From positions 1,710,001-1,742,000 of the forward strand of contig NZ_LT549890.1 in the NCBI RefSeq assembly GCF_900079115.1: a stretch of 32,000 nt of DNA, read 5' to 3'. Made by a program: the position numbers and the translations under genes. How positions within the stretch are numbered: position 1 is the first letter of the stretch; each line of letters begins with the position of its first letter. This document shows, piece by piece, positions 18,603 through 27,688 of the stretch. Below the pieces are notes generated by a model that did no database searches, was not told the origin of the DNA, and saw only the letters and a program-made list of their open reading frames with translations. Origin of the DNA: Saccharolobus solfataricus. GTDB taxonomy: Archaea; Thermoproteota; Thermoprotei_A; Sulfolobales; Sulfolobaceae.

Positions 18603-19346
18603 ATGATTAATGAAGTGTATAATATGGGATTCAATGGGATAAAATTCGATACATCAGTTCCGGGAATGATACCATGGGAAATAGTAGTTGCTTATTTTAT
18701 ACTAACGCCTTTAGTAGTTTACGGATTGAGCAGAAGACTAGTTAAGTCATCTTTCACAACAATTGACTTCGTGTACATTTCAATTGGCGGAGCATTTAGT
18801 GTAGTCTGGGAATTCTATGTAGGGAGTTTCATAGCGAGGTTCTTTCCTAGCTCTCCATTTCTAGGTATTGGATTCTGGGGAAGGCTTTTCATACTTCTAA
18901 TAGTCGCATCGCTGGTCAGAAAACCCGGAGTCGGTGCAATGAGTTTAACGATTTATACATTGTTGGCAGATTTGTTCCATTACGGCTTTGCTGGCCAGCC
19001 ATTATATTTTATTTATGAGGCATTTACTTACGGTCTTTTCATAGATGCTGTGATTATAGCTACTAGGGGTAACCTATTCAACATTAGGTATAGCGATAGC
19101 ATTGGAACTTCACTCAAGATAAAAAGAGTAGTATTGATTGCAATTGAAGGTGCCATAATTGGTATACTATGTGCTATTCCAGACCCAATATTTTACCTAG
19201 GATTTCTAAATCCTTTAATACATGGTGCTATAGTGAACTGGGCTACTATACAGTTCGACGTATTAGCTTCTGTACCTGGAGATGCAATTGTGGGTATCTT
19301 AGGAGCTTTCGCTGGGCAGAGGGTAGCTAGGGCAGTTGGTCATTAA
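18603..19346 (+). CDS. polytopic membrane protein, function unknown
   Basis: 247 aa with 6-7 hydrophobic segments. The start could also be the ATG at 18624. Confidence 0.6.
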   Translation: MINEVYNMGFNGIKFDTSVPGMIPWEIVVAYFILTPLVVYGLSRRLVKSSFTTIDFVYISIGGAFSVVWEFYVGSFIARFFPSSPFLGIGFWGRLFILLIVASLVRKPGVGAMSLTIYTLLADLFHYGFAGQPLYFIYEAFTYGLFIDAVIIATRGNLFNIRYSDSIGTSLKIKRVVLIAIEGAIIGILCAIPDPIFYLGFLNPLIHGAIVNWATIQFDVLASVPGDAIVGILGAFAGQRVARAVGH

Positions 19347-19382
19347 TACTTATATTTCTGTATTTCCTTATTTTTTATTCAC

Positions 19383-20012
19383 ATGAAGATACTAGCAGTT
19401 TACAATCATCCAGTAGAAACGTTAGGAACGTTAAAGAAATTCCTACCTCGCGTTAATGAAATAATGGCTGAGGAACTTAAGGGAGATGAGCAATTTGAAG
19501 CTTTAATAATAATGGGAGGCCCAATGGGAGTTTATGAAAGGGATAAATATCATTTTTTAAAAGTTGAAATAGATTTAATAAAAAAGGGATATAAGGAAAA
19601 TAAGAGGATTTTAGGAGTTTGTTTAGGCTCTCAATTAATTGCAGAAGCCTTGGGTGGTAAAGTGATAAAAGGTGGTTTCGGGCAAGAGATTGGTATACAA
19701 AAGGTAAAGTTATTAGGGGAATTGAAGGATTTCATGAGAGAAGACGAACTTTCAGTGTTCCAATGGCATGGGGATACTTTTTCGTTACCGCAAGACGCAG
19801 TTCTCTTAGCTTATAGCAATAACTACTTCCAGGCCTTTAAGGTAAAGAGAGCTTTAGGTGTACAATTCCATTTGGAAGTTAATTCAGAAATGGTTAGTCA
19901 ATGGATTAAGCTTTATGGTGGAGATGAAAGTGTGGCGAACTATGTGAAGAGATTTGAGGGAGAACTTGAAGATGCTGCATTTAAGTTGATACAGTACTGG
20001 ATGCAGTTATAA
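19383..20012 (+). CDS. class I glutamine amidotransferase-like protein
   Basis: 209 aa. Nucleophile elbow LGVCLGSQL and the C-terminal FHLE His/Glu pair. Confidence 0.75.
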   Translation: MKILAVYNHPVETLGTLKKFLPRVNEIMAEELKGDEQFEALIIMGGPMGVYERDKYHFLKVEIDLIKKGYKENKRILGVCLGSQLIAEALGGKVIKGGFGQEIGIQKVKLLGELKDFMREDELSVFQWHGDTFSLPQDAVLLAYSNNYFQAFKVKRALGVQFHLEVNSEMVSQWIKLYGGDESVANYVKRFEGELEDAAFKLIQYWMQL

Positions 20013-20363
20013 CATTTTTATTAACTCTGAACTTGGCATTGCCCTTTTTCAACAAGTCCTTATCATCATTTACTAGTATTATACCATAACTTTCTACTTA
20101 GGTAAAGATATACCGCATCGTAATAGGTTAGGTTTTCTTCTATACTTAACTTCACAACTTTTTCATTTAATCTAACCTCTCCATTTCTATAAACTTCAAC
20201 ACGTTTATAAAGAGTGTAGTAAGCCTCTCTAATTTCCTCTTCCATAAGAAGTTTTCTATTTCGTATACAGCTAAATCTGCAGTTATACTCCTCTTAAAGG
20301 GGTCTATTGCTTTCTCACCTAATAACTCAGTCAACGGTATTATGGAGCTTGCATCTAATACGT
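19981..20363 (-). pseudogene. vapC-like PIN-domain toxin gene, 5'-truncated by an IS and carrying two frameshifts
   Basis: Own three-frame reading: (V)LDASSIIPLTELLGEKAIDPFKRSITADLAVYEIENF / EEEIREAYYTLYKRVEVYRNGEVRLNEKVVKLSIEENLTYYDAVYLYL / ESYGIILVNDDKDLLKKGNAKF. The four conserved acidic PIN positions (D, E, D, D) are recognisable but spread over three frames. Confidence 0.7.
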
Positions 20364-21722
20364 CAGTATGGGAATCTCTTTTTTCTCGTAAAAAACGAGA
20401 TGAATGGAATACAGAAAAAGTTGAGAGGATGAGAATTTCTGGAGAAAAGTTTGTATATACGAGGGCGAACTTGAATATATGAAGCATGAGAATACAACTA
20501 AACCGGCGAAGTTCAACCGGGACTTCGCCAGGTCCGCCCTCAAGATAATTTACTCGATCCTCACTAAAATACTTTTCCCTGAGGAACTCCTCAGTGCCTT
20601 GCTTAAGGCAAGTGGGAGCTACTTGAGCAGGTTGGGAAAAGATGGGAGAAGAGCGTTGAGAAAGTTGAACGCGGTTCAAGTTGAGGACGTGAGGGATGCG
20701 TTGAGGAAGATGGGGAGGATGACGTTAAGGGGAGTCAGGGACAGGAGGGTAGCAGTGGACTTCCATGCCATACCTCAATACCACGCTGACAAGAGTTTCT
20801 TGAGTAGGATAAAGCCAACTAAGGGGACGTCGTGGGGACTGGTTCAAGCTGCGATCTTCCTCCTGGGGAGGACGAGGAGCTTCTTGGACGTGATCCCAGT
20901 GACCGTGAAGAACGTAGCTGAAGGTTTCAAGGCGGTGATGGAGGTAATCGTGAAGGAGTTGGAGGAGGACAAGCTGAGGCTCGTCATGGTCTTCGCGGAC
21001 AGGGAGTTCGCAGTGAACGAAGTGATTAGATACCTCTTGGAGTTGGGCTTGGACTTCGTCATATCTGCCAAGGCCCAGATGTACAAGAAGTACAAGGGGA
21101 TGTTGCAAGATGTGGATGTGAGTTTTAGCGGAGTTAGATATACTGGATTTCTCTGCGTGAGACATGGGAGTGGAGCTTATCTCATTATTCTGAGGAAGGA
21201 AGACGGCAAGATTATTGCCTTCCTCGTGAGGAGGGAGATGGATCTTTATGATGCCATAGTCCTTGCCGAGATGTACAGGGAGAGGTGGGGGATAGAGAAC
21301 GCCTTCCGCTCCCTTGAGGAGTTCAGAATCAAGACTAGGACTTGTGACGTGAGGAAGGAATTGGTTCTCGTTCTGCTTTCCTATCTTCTCTTGAATGTCT
21401 GGTTCTTGATCCGTTCTTGGAGGAAGGTAAAGTTGTGGGAGTTCTCGGTCTCCCTCTCGAATCTCCTCGATCGGGAGGTAAGAGTGGAACAAGAACGCGC
21501 GTTCCGTGAAGTGAAGACGTCATTCCCCCAGACTCCAGCTAACCCTATGCACCTCCTTCCAGCTACGTGAAATTAATTCTATATATTTATATTCTTCTGT
21601 TCAAAACTGACTTATTAACTGTCATTTTCATAAAATATATGCAGTTATATTTGAATAAAACTGGTGTGGTTCAATCTTACATATATTATCATTTATATCA
21701 GAAAAATGAGATTCCCATACTG
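20364..21722 (+). mobile_element. ISC1359-like IS (IS4 family), 1359 bp
   Basis: Perfect 15-bp inverted repeats cagtatgggaatctc (20364-20378) and gagattcccatactg (21708-21722). Flanking acgt on both sides. The length between the repeats is exactly 1359 bp. Confidence 0.85.
20479..21570 (+). CDS. IS4-family DDE transposase
   Basis: 363 aa. VAVDFHAIP, VFADREFA and the YRERWGIENAFRSLEEFRIK signature (Y-2-R-3-E-6-K). Confidence 0.85.
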   Translation: MKHENTTKPAKFNRDFARSALKIIYSILTKILFPEELLSALLKASGSYLSRLGKDGRRALRKLNAVQVEDVRDALRKMGRMTLRGVRDRRVAVDFHAIPQYHADKSFLSRIKPTKGTSWGLVQAAIFLLGRTRSFLDVIPVTVKNVAEGFKAVMEVIVKELEEDKLRLVMVFADREFAVNEVIRYLLELGLDFVISAKAQMYKKYKGMLQDVDVSFSGVRYTGFLCVRHGSGAYLIILRKEDGKIIAFLVRREMDLYDAIVLAEMYRERWGIENAFRSLEEFRIKTRTCDVRKELVLVLLSYLLLNVWFLIRSWRKVKLWEFSVSLSNLLDREVRVEQERAFREVKTSFPQTPANPMHLLPAT

Positions 21723-22303
21723 ACGTACCATGAGTCGAAGACCTTGGATTTCACATTCAAACCTGAGAGGGAGGAGAGAAACTCCAAGAGGGCATCTATC
21801 TTGGTCCTGAACTTCACCTCCTCACCCCTACGCTTGAGCTCCTCCTCCACCTTTCGGGGTATGTAGGCAATTATGTGGATCACGTAGATCTGGTTGTTCA
21901 CCAGATCCTTGACGCCAATCACAAGGAGCTGGATCGCGGACTCGAACCTCTTGTGCGCCCTACAGTAGAAGATCTGTGCCCCGTTTCTGGAGACCGGCAT
22001 GACCCTAGCGTAGAGCTTGTGGTCGTGGGTGTCGTCTATTATGAGAAGGACGGGATGGTCTCCAACTAACTTCTTCACGACCTCGATTAGTTTGGCTTGA
22101 GCTGCTTTGTCCAAGTTATTCAGTACGGTCTCGTAGTCCATCTCGGCCTCTTGAGCTATCTCGGTAGCATTTCTTCCCACAACCGCCCCCAAGAGTAGCC
22201 TCTTGGCAACGTCCTTCCTCGTTCCAGTCATGGATAGTATGACCTCGTTAACTGCCTTTTCCAATGCCTTATAGTACTCCTCCCTCGCAGACTCTTTGGT
22301 CAT
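21723..22303 (-). pseudogene. 5' part of a DDE transposase gene from a second IS, truncated at the ISC1359-like insertion
   Basis: About 193 aa of GC-rich ORF (LLIIDDTHDHK ... KVFDSWYV) that stops being coding exactly at the IS boundary. The track ORF 21698..22303 reads on into the IS inverted repeat. Confidence 0.6.
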
Positions 22304-22325
22304 ACCAAAATTAAAGGCTCTAATT

Positions 22326-22545
22326 TTAAAAAGTTTTTATGGGCCTCTTGAACTGCCAGGATTTTCCGATAAATGCTATCTGAACTTCTGCGATTTCCTT
22401 AGCGCTTCTCCTCGCCTCCTCCTCCCTTTTCCTTATTTCCTCCTCTAAAGCCTTTCTTAAAACTTCAGAGACGTTTATTCCGTATTTCTTAGCCTTTTCT
22501 AGTACATCCCTTCTGACTTTCGTTGATATTGTAAACCCAACTCAT
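22326..22545 (-). pseudogene. vapB-like ribbon-helix-helix antitoxin gene with a frameshift after codon 4
   Basis: Own translation: ATG at 22545 gives MSWV, and the RHH frame FTISTKVRRDVLEKAKKYGINVSEVLRKALEEEIRKREEEEARRSAKEIAEVQIAFIGKSWQFKRPIKTF* lies in the adjacent frame. There is no in-frame ATG/GTG/TTG for that frame. Confidence 0.55.
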
Positions 22546-22559
22546 ACCAATTTTATACT

Positions 22560-22720
22560 GTGAGCTACCCCCTCCTAAAAGAGGGAGCTTCCTGCTTCAC
22601 AGCTCTGCCATGCCAGTACCGAAGTGCTGGTACTGGTAGAGGGCGGAGCTCCACACTAAGGGTCGCTCCGACCCCGATCCACGTAAGATGTTAAGAGAAG
22701 CATTATAGTCACGATCTGCA
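22560..22720 (-). ncRNA. putative omega/right-end RNA scaffold of the TnpB element
   Basis: Placed by analogy with characterised TnpB systems, where the scaffold overlaps the tnpB 3' end and the right end. Only the terminal hairpin is seen here, and the extent is not determined. Confidence 0.3.
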
Positions 22721-23727
22721 ATCCAACCACAGTTGGAACAAACGAAAACACGATCAGATAGAGACAGATCTTCTTTTACGTACCCGCACCTAGCACAAGT
22801 TTTGGAAGTGTATGCAGGATTAACTAGGATGAGTTTCTTACCGTATTTCTCCAACTGATACTTAATCAAATCTCTAAGCTCGCTGAACGCGACATCACTC
22901 AATCTCCTCCTCAGAGACCTTAATGACTTACCTATCAACTGCTTAACATGAATGTCCTCCATCACCACAACATCATAATGCTCAGCAAACCACTTACCCA
23001 ACTTCATGTAAAGATCCGTTCTTAGATTCTTCAAATGCTCATAAGCCCTAGCAAGCTTAACCTTAGCCTTAAACCAATTATTAGAGAGGAATTTCTTCCT
23101 TGAAAGTTCTCTGTGTAGATGCTTCACTTTCCATAACGCTTTCTCGTAAGGTCTCAAATTAGGAAAATACTCACCATCTGACGTTACGATCAGCTTCTCT
23201 ATGCCAACATCTATCGCCACTACCTTACCAGTGTTAGGTAACTTGGGGAATTCGTAATCTTCTACTACGAAAGTGATGTATATCCTCTCAGATCTTGTTA
23301 GCTTCACTACTACCCTCTTTACTTTGTCAAGGGGAAAGTCCCTGTGTATAATTACCTTGAACGTACCAAGATTTGATAGTTTAAGCGTTATTAGTTTCTT
23401 CTTATTCTTCTTGCTTCCTTTTCTTATTTCTCTAACGTGAAGTATTTTCCAACCGCTTTGCGTATAGACAAGGGAGTAGTATTTGTGAGGTTTCTTTTCT
23501 TTCGGGAAACGTGCTAAACCTTCGAAAAACCTCTTCTTAGCTTCGTAATAACGGTCGGCTATTTGTTGAACTACTTGCGAGTAGAGTTGCTTATACTCAT
23601 CATCTTGTTTTCTCAGATCTAGAGCCAACTGTCTTAACTCAGTTTGTGTTAGTCCTTTCCCATCCCTCTGATAGAAATAGATGTCTGCCCACCTTAAGGT
23701 GTTGTAGATTTTGCACGCTAACTTCAA
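22597..23727 (-). CDS. tnpB: TnpB (IS605 OrfB) RuvC-like RNA-guided nuclease
   Basis: 376 aa from TTG. RuvC residues are in context ([31 protein letters not shown]) and a zinc finger CARCG...CSNCG is present. Homology continues upstream ([25 protein letters not shown]) to an ATA codon at 23814-23812. Confidence 0.85.
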   Translation of the reverse strand: MKLACKIYNTLRWADIYFYQRDGKGLTQTELRQLALDLRKQDDEYKQLYSQVVQQIADRYYEAKKRFFEGLARFPKEKKPHKYYSLVYTQSGWKILHVREIRKGSKKNKKKLITLKLSNLGTFKVIIHRDFPLDKVKRVVVKLTRSERIYITFVVEDYEFPKLPNTGKVVAIDVGIEKLIVTSDGEYFPNLRPYEKALWKVKHLHRELSRKKFLSNNWFKAKVKLARAYEHLKNLRTDLYMKLGKWFAEHYDVVVMEDIHVKQLIGKSLRSLRRRLSDVAFSELRDLIKYQLEKYGKKLILVNPAYTSKTCARCGYVKEDLSLSDRVFVCSNCGWIADRDYNASLNILRGSGSERPLVWSSALYQYQHFGTGMAEL

Positions 23728-23923
23728 CTGGGCTTTTAACGCCCTAAGGGTTTGTTCGTCAGCGTAAGCACGGAAGCGAAACCCTAAGGTGGGTATTGAT
23801 GTGTATTTTGTTATTTTCCTATTTTTAACTTTTCTACAGAGGGATCCATCTTGAAGAGGCGAAGTTTTCCGCCCCCTTTGAACCCCCGTCTGTTATAAAA
23901 TATGTAGTAAAAGATTTTACCAC

Positions 23924-25336
23924 TTAAAGTAATGTGATAGCAATTAACTTATTTTCAGTCATCTCCAGCATTGTCTCTCTAACTCCTTCTCTCCCAATAC
24001 CAGTCTTCTTAAATCCGCCAAAGGGTAACGAGTCCCACCTCAGCCTAGTACTATCATTTATGATAACAGCACCAAACTTCAATTCCCTACTTAACTTCAA
24101 GGCCCTATTCACATCGTTCGTAAAGATTGCTGATTGTAAACCATACTCAGTTGAATTGGCTATTCGTATTGCCTCCTCATCACTCTTAACGCTCACAATT
24201 GGTACTATAGGCCCGAAGACTTCACTCTTTAAGACCAGCATATCCAGTGAGGGATTGGTTACCATAGTCAGTGGGAAGAAACTTCCACTTTCTGGCCCCC
24301 TATTGAGGATCTCAACCCTTCCTCCCTTAACTTTAGCGTCTTCCAATACACTGTTTAAGTTTTCAACACTCTCCTTGTTGATTACTGGTCCAACGTCAGT
24401 AGTCTCATCCAAGGGTTCACCTACCTTTAATGCTTTGGCCTTCTCGTTAAACGCCTTTACGAACTTGTCATAGACCTCTTGCCTAACTATAATTCTCTTA
24501 CCAGCATTACAGTTCTGTCCAGCATACTCAAACCTAGCTCTAACAGCTATTGAAGAAGCCCTCTCTATGTTGGCGTCTTCTAAGATGATTATGGGATCTG
24601 AACCTCCCAACTCCATTATTATCCTCTTCCCTAATGAAATAGCTTTAGAGGCTATTTTAAGACCAGTTTGCGTAGAACCAGTTAACGTAATCAGACCAAC
24701 TAATGGATGGGTGATTATCTCATCCCCGATCTCACTACTATAACCAGTGACCACTCTAACTGCACTATCAGGTAATCCAGCCTCAACCAATATCTTCTTC
24801 ATCTCTACGGCTGCTAGAGGCGTATTTATACTTGGCTTAACCACTACTGAATTTCCCACTGCTAAAGCTGGGGCAACCTTGTGGGCAAAGGAGTTTATGG
24901 GGAAGTTGAAGGGTAAAATTGCAGTTACAACACCTATCGGTTCCCTAGTACTCAAAACTATTCTATTCTCATTCCCAGGAGGGTACTCGTAAGCATCTAC
25001 CCTATAATTCTTGCCTTCTAGAACTATTCCCACCTCTTCAGCGGCTTGTCTAAACAGTCTAGAAGCCCTTAATACTTCAACTCGGGAATCACTAATCGGC
25101 TTACCGGCTTCCATTGCAAGTAGTCTAGCTAATCTCTCCTGCTCTCTTTCCAAAATTTCCGATATTTTCCTCAATATAGCTGTCCTCTTATAGAGGGGCA
25201 TTCTGGAAATTATTTCAAATCCCTTATATGCCTCCTCTATCTCTCCCCTAACCTCATCTTTACTCATTCTCTTCACAGTTCCAATTACCTTAAGATTGGA
25301 GGGTGATCGAACTTCAATAACCTCTAAGCTCATCAA
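23924..25336 (-). CDS. NAD(P)+-dependent aldehyde dehydrogenase
   Basis: 470 aa. Catalytic Glu context MELGGSDP and Cys context FEYAGQNCNAGKR, plus ALDH family length. Confidence 0.85.
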   Translation of the reverse strand: MMSLEVIEVRSPSNLKVIGTVKRMSKDEVRGEIEEAYKGFEIISRMPLYKRTAILRKISEILEREQERLARLLAMEAGKPISDSRVEVLRASRLFRQAAEEVGIVLEGKNYRVDAYEYPPGNENRIVLSTREPIGVVTAILPFNFPINSFAHKVAPALAVGNSVVVKPSINTPLAAVEMKKILVEAGLPDSAVRVVTGYSSEIGDEIITHPLVGLITLTGSTQTGLKIASKAISLGKRIIMELGGSDPIIILEDANIERASSIAVRARFEYAGQNCNAGKRIIVRQEVYDKFVKAFNEKAKALKVGEPLDETTDVGPVINKESVENLNSVLEDAKVKGGRVEILNRGPESGSFFPLTMVTNPSLDMLVLKSEVFGPIVPIVSVKSDEEAIRIANSTEYGLQSAIFTNDVNRALKLSRELKFGAVIINDSTRLRWDSLPFGGFKKTGIGREGVRETMLEMTENKLIAITLL

Positions 25337-25465
25337 GTATATATTTACATTTGAAGTTTTTAAGCGATTATGAAATACTTAATTCGATTTCTAAACCCAT
25401 AGTACTTATAAGAGTTTTTTAAACACATTCATTATTAGTTTAAAATAATTTAAAATAAAAGCGTA

Positions 25466-26518
25466 TTAATATGGACACATTGGATCCTCTGCAAATGGAT
25501 TATTATACACTGCAAAAGCCCTAGCCCTACTCCCTCCACAAATATTATTGAATTTGCAAACACCGCATTTTCCGTCAAACCGTCCATCTTTTATAATTTT
25601 CAAAACCTCTGATTTTCTATAGATATCGACGATACTCTCCTTCCTAACATTACCTAAGTACAATGGTAAGAAACCACTAGGATAGACATCGCCGTTGTAG
25701 CCGATAAATATGACACCAGACCCATCCCTTGTAGGTAAAACACTCTTATCAACATCCTTTACTGGTTCACCTAACAGCTCACGTAATTTTGAAACCAGCT
25801 CGTTACTTTTGATAGTGCTTGGGGTATACTCAAGTTTAGCTCTCCTAAAGAATGGAGCTTCAACTGTTCTAACGACTAAATCGTATCTTGTGGTTTCGAC
25901 AAGGAAGTCTATAACGTCTTTATACTTCTCTTTAGGAATATCTAGTTCTATTACACCTCTCCCTACTGGAATCAAGAAGAATACTTCCCAGACTTTCACT
26001 CCTAATTCTTTAAGCAATTTTACTAGAAAAGGTAATTCGCTATAGCTCTTCTTCCAAACTAGGGTATTAACTTGAACTTGTATCCCGTACTTTAATCCAA
26101 GCTCTATTCCCCTTAAAGCGTAGTTGTAACTACCAAGTCCCCTTAACCAATCATGGGTTTGTGAGGTAGCTCCGTCTATGCTGATTGACATGTATCTTGC
26201 GTAATTACTTATCATCTTCATGGTCTCATCTCTTAAACGATAAGAAGGGGAAGGTGCTATTGAAACTATTAATCCTAACGATTTGGCATATTCCATTATT
26301 TCGAAAATATCACTCCTACTTAACGGATCACCACCAGTGAAAACTATAACAACCTTTCCAAATCTCGCTATATCTTCTAATAATTTCTTACTTTCTTCAG
26401 TACTAAGCTCCCCTGGTAATGGCTTATCTATGGCATTAGCTCTACAATGTTTACAACTCAATGGACAAGCTTTAGTTACTTCCCAGAAGACTAAATGTGG
26501 AGCGTTTTCAAAGGGCAT
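25466..26518 (-). CDS. radical SAM/SPASM enzyme, AhbD/NirJ-like
   Basis: 350 aa. [14 protein letters not shown] (CxxxCxxC), FFLIPVGRG, and C-terminal [17 protein letters not shown]...DPMCPY. Confidence 0.6.
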   Translation of the reverse strand: MPFENAPHLVFWEVTKACPLSCKHCRANAIDKPLPGELSTEESKKLLEDIARFGKVVIVFTGGDPLSRSDIFEIMEYAKSLGLIVSIAPSPSYRLRDETMKMISNYARYMSISIDGATSQTHDWLRGLGSYNYALRGIELGLKYGIQVQVNTLVWKKSYSELPFLVKLLKELGVKVWEVFFLIPVGRGVIELDIPKEKYKDVIDFLVETTRYDLVVRTVEAPFFRRAKLEYTPSTIKSNELVSKLRELLGEPVKDVDKSVLPTRDGSGVIFIGYNGDVYPSGFLPLYLGNVRKESIVDIYRKSEVLKIIKDGRFDGKCGVCKFNNICGGSRARAFAVYNNPFAEDPMCPY

Positions 26519-27627
26519 AACGGATCATCTCCGTAAATGTCTTCATTCCAATAATACGCTCTAGCTCTATCTCCTCCTTTACAAGCAGATTTATATTCAC
26601 ACTTATCACAATACCTTCCTTTCAAATACTTGTCCGTATTTATGAACAAGTCTGGAATATTCTTAATTATCTCCTTAAGCGGTTTTTCCCTAACGTTACC
26701 CAACTTGTAAAAGTCAATGAATTGACAAGGATAAACGTCACCGTTTGGATATATTGAGATCATTTTCCTCCCACATCCCCCACTATTTTCGACAAATTTC
26801 AGGTATTTTTCAAGTTCTTCCTCATTTCTGGCTAACTTTTTAGCAATGTAAACTCCATCAAATTGCCCTAGTGTAGTCTCAATTTCTATCTTCCCACTTA
26901 GCTTAATTGCATAATCAATCATTTTGTTTATGAAACTAACATATTCCTCCAGAGTATACATCCACTCCCTTAATTCCCTACCCCTACCACTGGCTGATAA
27001 ATGGTAAAACGTTATTCTCTTAACTCCCAGTTTCAAGGCCAATTTCATGTACTCGTCTACTTGATGGATGTTTTTAGCCGTAATAGTGAATCTAAGTCCA
27101 ACGTTTAATCCAACGTTTATTGCATTTCCAATTCCCTTAACTGTCATGTTAAAGGCTCCATTTAGACCTCTAAACTTATCGTGAAATTCCGGATCGTAAC
27201 TATCTAAACTTATACCTACGTAAGAGAAATCCAATTCCTTCAATCTCTTAGCCACACTCTCGCTTATCAATGTTCCATTAGTTGATAAGGCTAATTTTAT
27301 TCCCTTACTCCTAGCATATGATGCCAATTCAAAGAAGTCCCTTCTCATTAAAGGCTCTCCACCACTCATTATAATTAATGGGATCTTCATTTCAGCCATC
27401 TCGTCTATTAGCCCTAGTGCCTCTTCTGTAGTTAACCCATCCTCACCTTCTGGTGATGCGTTAATATAACAATGAAGACATTTCAAGTTGCATTTTCTTG
27501 TGAGATTCCACGTTACAACTGGTCTAAATACGTCACTGAATTTACTAGGTCTATCCCTATTATACTCGCCCTTAATGTGAAATGAAACTGTACCAGCATT
27601 AGTTACTAGAACGCTTATTGGAATCAT
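26491..27627 (-). CDS. radical SAM/SPASM enzyme, AhbC/NirJ-like
   Basis: 378 aa. [25 protein letters not shown], and C-terminal [18 protein letters not shown]...DPLCPL. Overlaps the downstream paralog by 28 nt. Confidence 0.6.
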   Translation of the reverse strand: MIPISVLVTNAGTVSFHIKGEYNRDRPSKFSDVFRPVVTWNLTRKCNLKCLHCYINASPEGEDGLTTEEALGLIDEMAEMKIPLIIMSGGEPLMRRDFFELASYARSKGIKLALSTNGTLISESVAKRLKELDFSYVGISLDSYDPEFHDKFRGLNGAFNMTVKGIGNAINVGLNVGLRFTITAKNIHQVDEYMKLALKLGVKRITFYHLSASGRGRELREWMYTLEEYVSFINKMIDYAIKLSGKIEIETTLGQFDGVYIAKKLARNEEELEKYLKFVENSGGCGRKMISIYPNGDVYPCQFIDFYKLGNVREKPLKEIIKNIPDLFINTDKYLKGRYCDKCEYKSACKGGDRARAYYWNEDIYGDDPLCPLKTLHI

Positions 27628-27688
27628 AATAATAAAAAGGCATCTTAGTCATAAAAAAGCGATCCCTAATATTTTAGCAATTATTTTC

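Larger units (their letters stand above)
22560..23876 (-). mobile_element. tnpB-only IS200/IS605-family element (ISC1316-like)
   Basis: TnpB ORF plus a right-end imperfect hairpin (gagctaccccctc ctaaaa gagggagcttc). The right-end boundary is taken from the 20-nt motif shared with 31004..31023. The left end is only estimated from the expected length. Confidence 0.6.

Noticed and set aside
20167-20679. 170-aa track ORF on the minus strand
   Set aside because: It is a chimera. Its N-terminal part is antisense or non-coding sequence of the ISC1359-like element, and only its C-terminal part is the PIN remnant. It reads through the IS inverted repeat.
20725-21492. 255-aa ORF antisense to the ISC1359-like transposase (plus 20844..21095 and 21335..21523)
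   Set aside because: A shadow ORF produced by GC-rich codon bias of the sense transposase gene. The Pro/Leu/His-rich product has no motif.
20360-21726. Reading KVFDSWYV + LDASSIIP as one continuous gene restored by excising the ISC1359-like IS (the junction is in frame)
   Set aside because: The two flanks differ sharply in GC content. They also belong to unrelated families: a DDE transposase N-terminal half and a PIN domain. The in-frame join is a 1-in-3 chance event.
21567-21866. 99-aa plus-strand ORF crossing the right end of the ISC1359-like element
   Set aside because: It runs through the IS terminal repeat into the antisense strand of the truncated transposase gene, so it is an artefact of the junction.
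23934-25193. Plus-strand ORFs (179, 81 and 60 aa) across the aldehyde dehydrogenase gene
   Set aside because: They are antisense to a well-supported 470-aa ALDH gene. Their Ser/Leu/Thr-rich products are typical of reverse-frame artefacts. The same reasoning applies to 4230..4502, 12518..12772, 12959..13198, 15038..15307, 15878..16558, 17169..17390, 18023..18223, 25710..26564, 27855..28052, 28548..29139 and 31587..31823.
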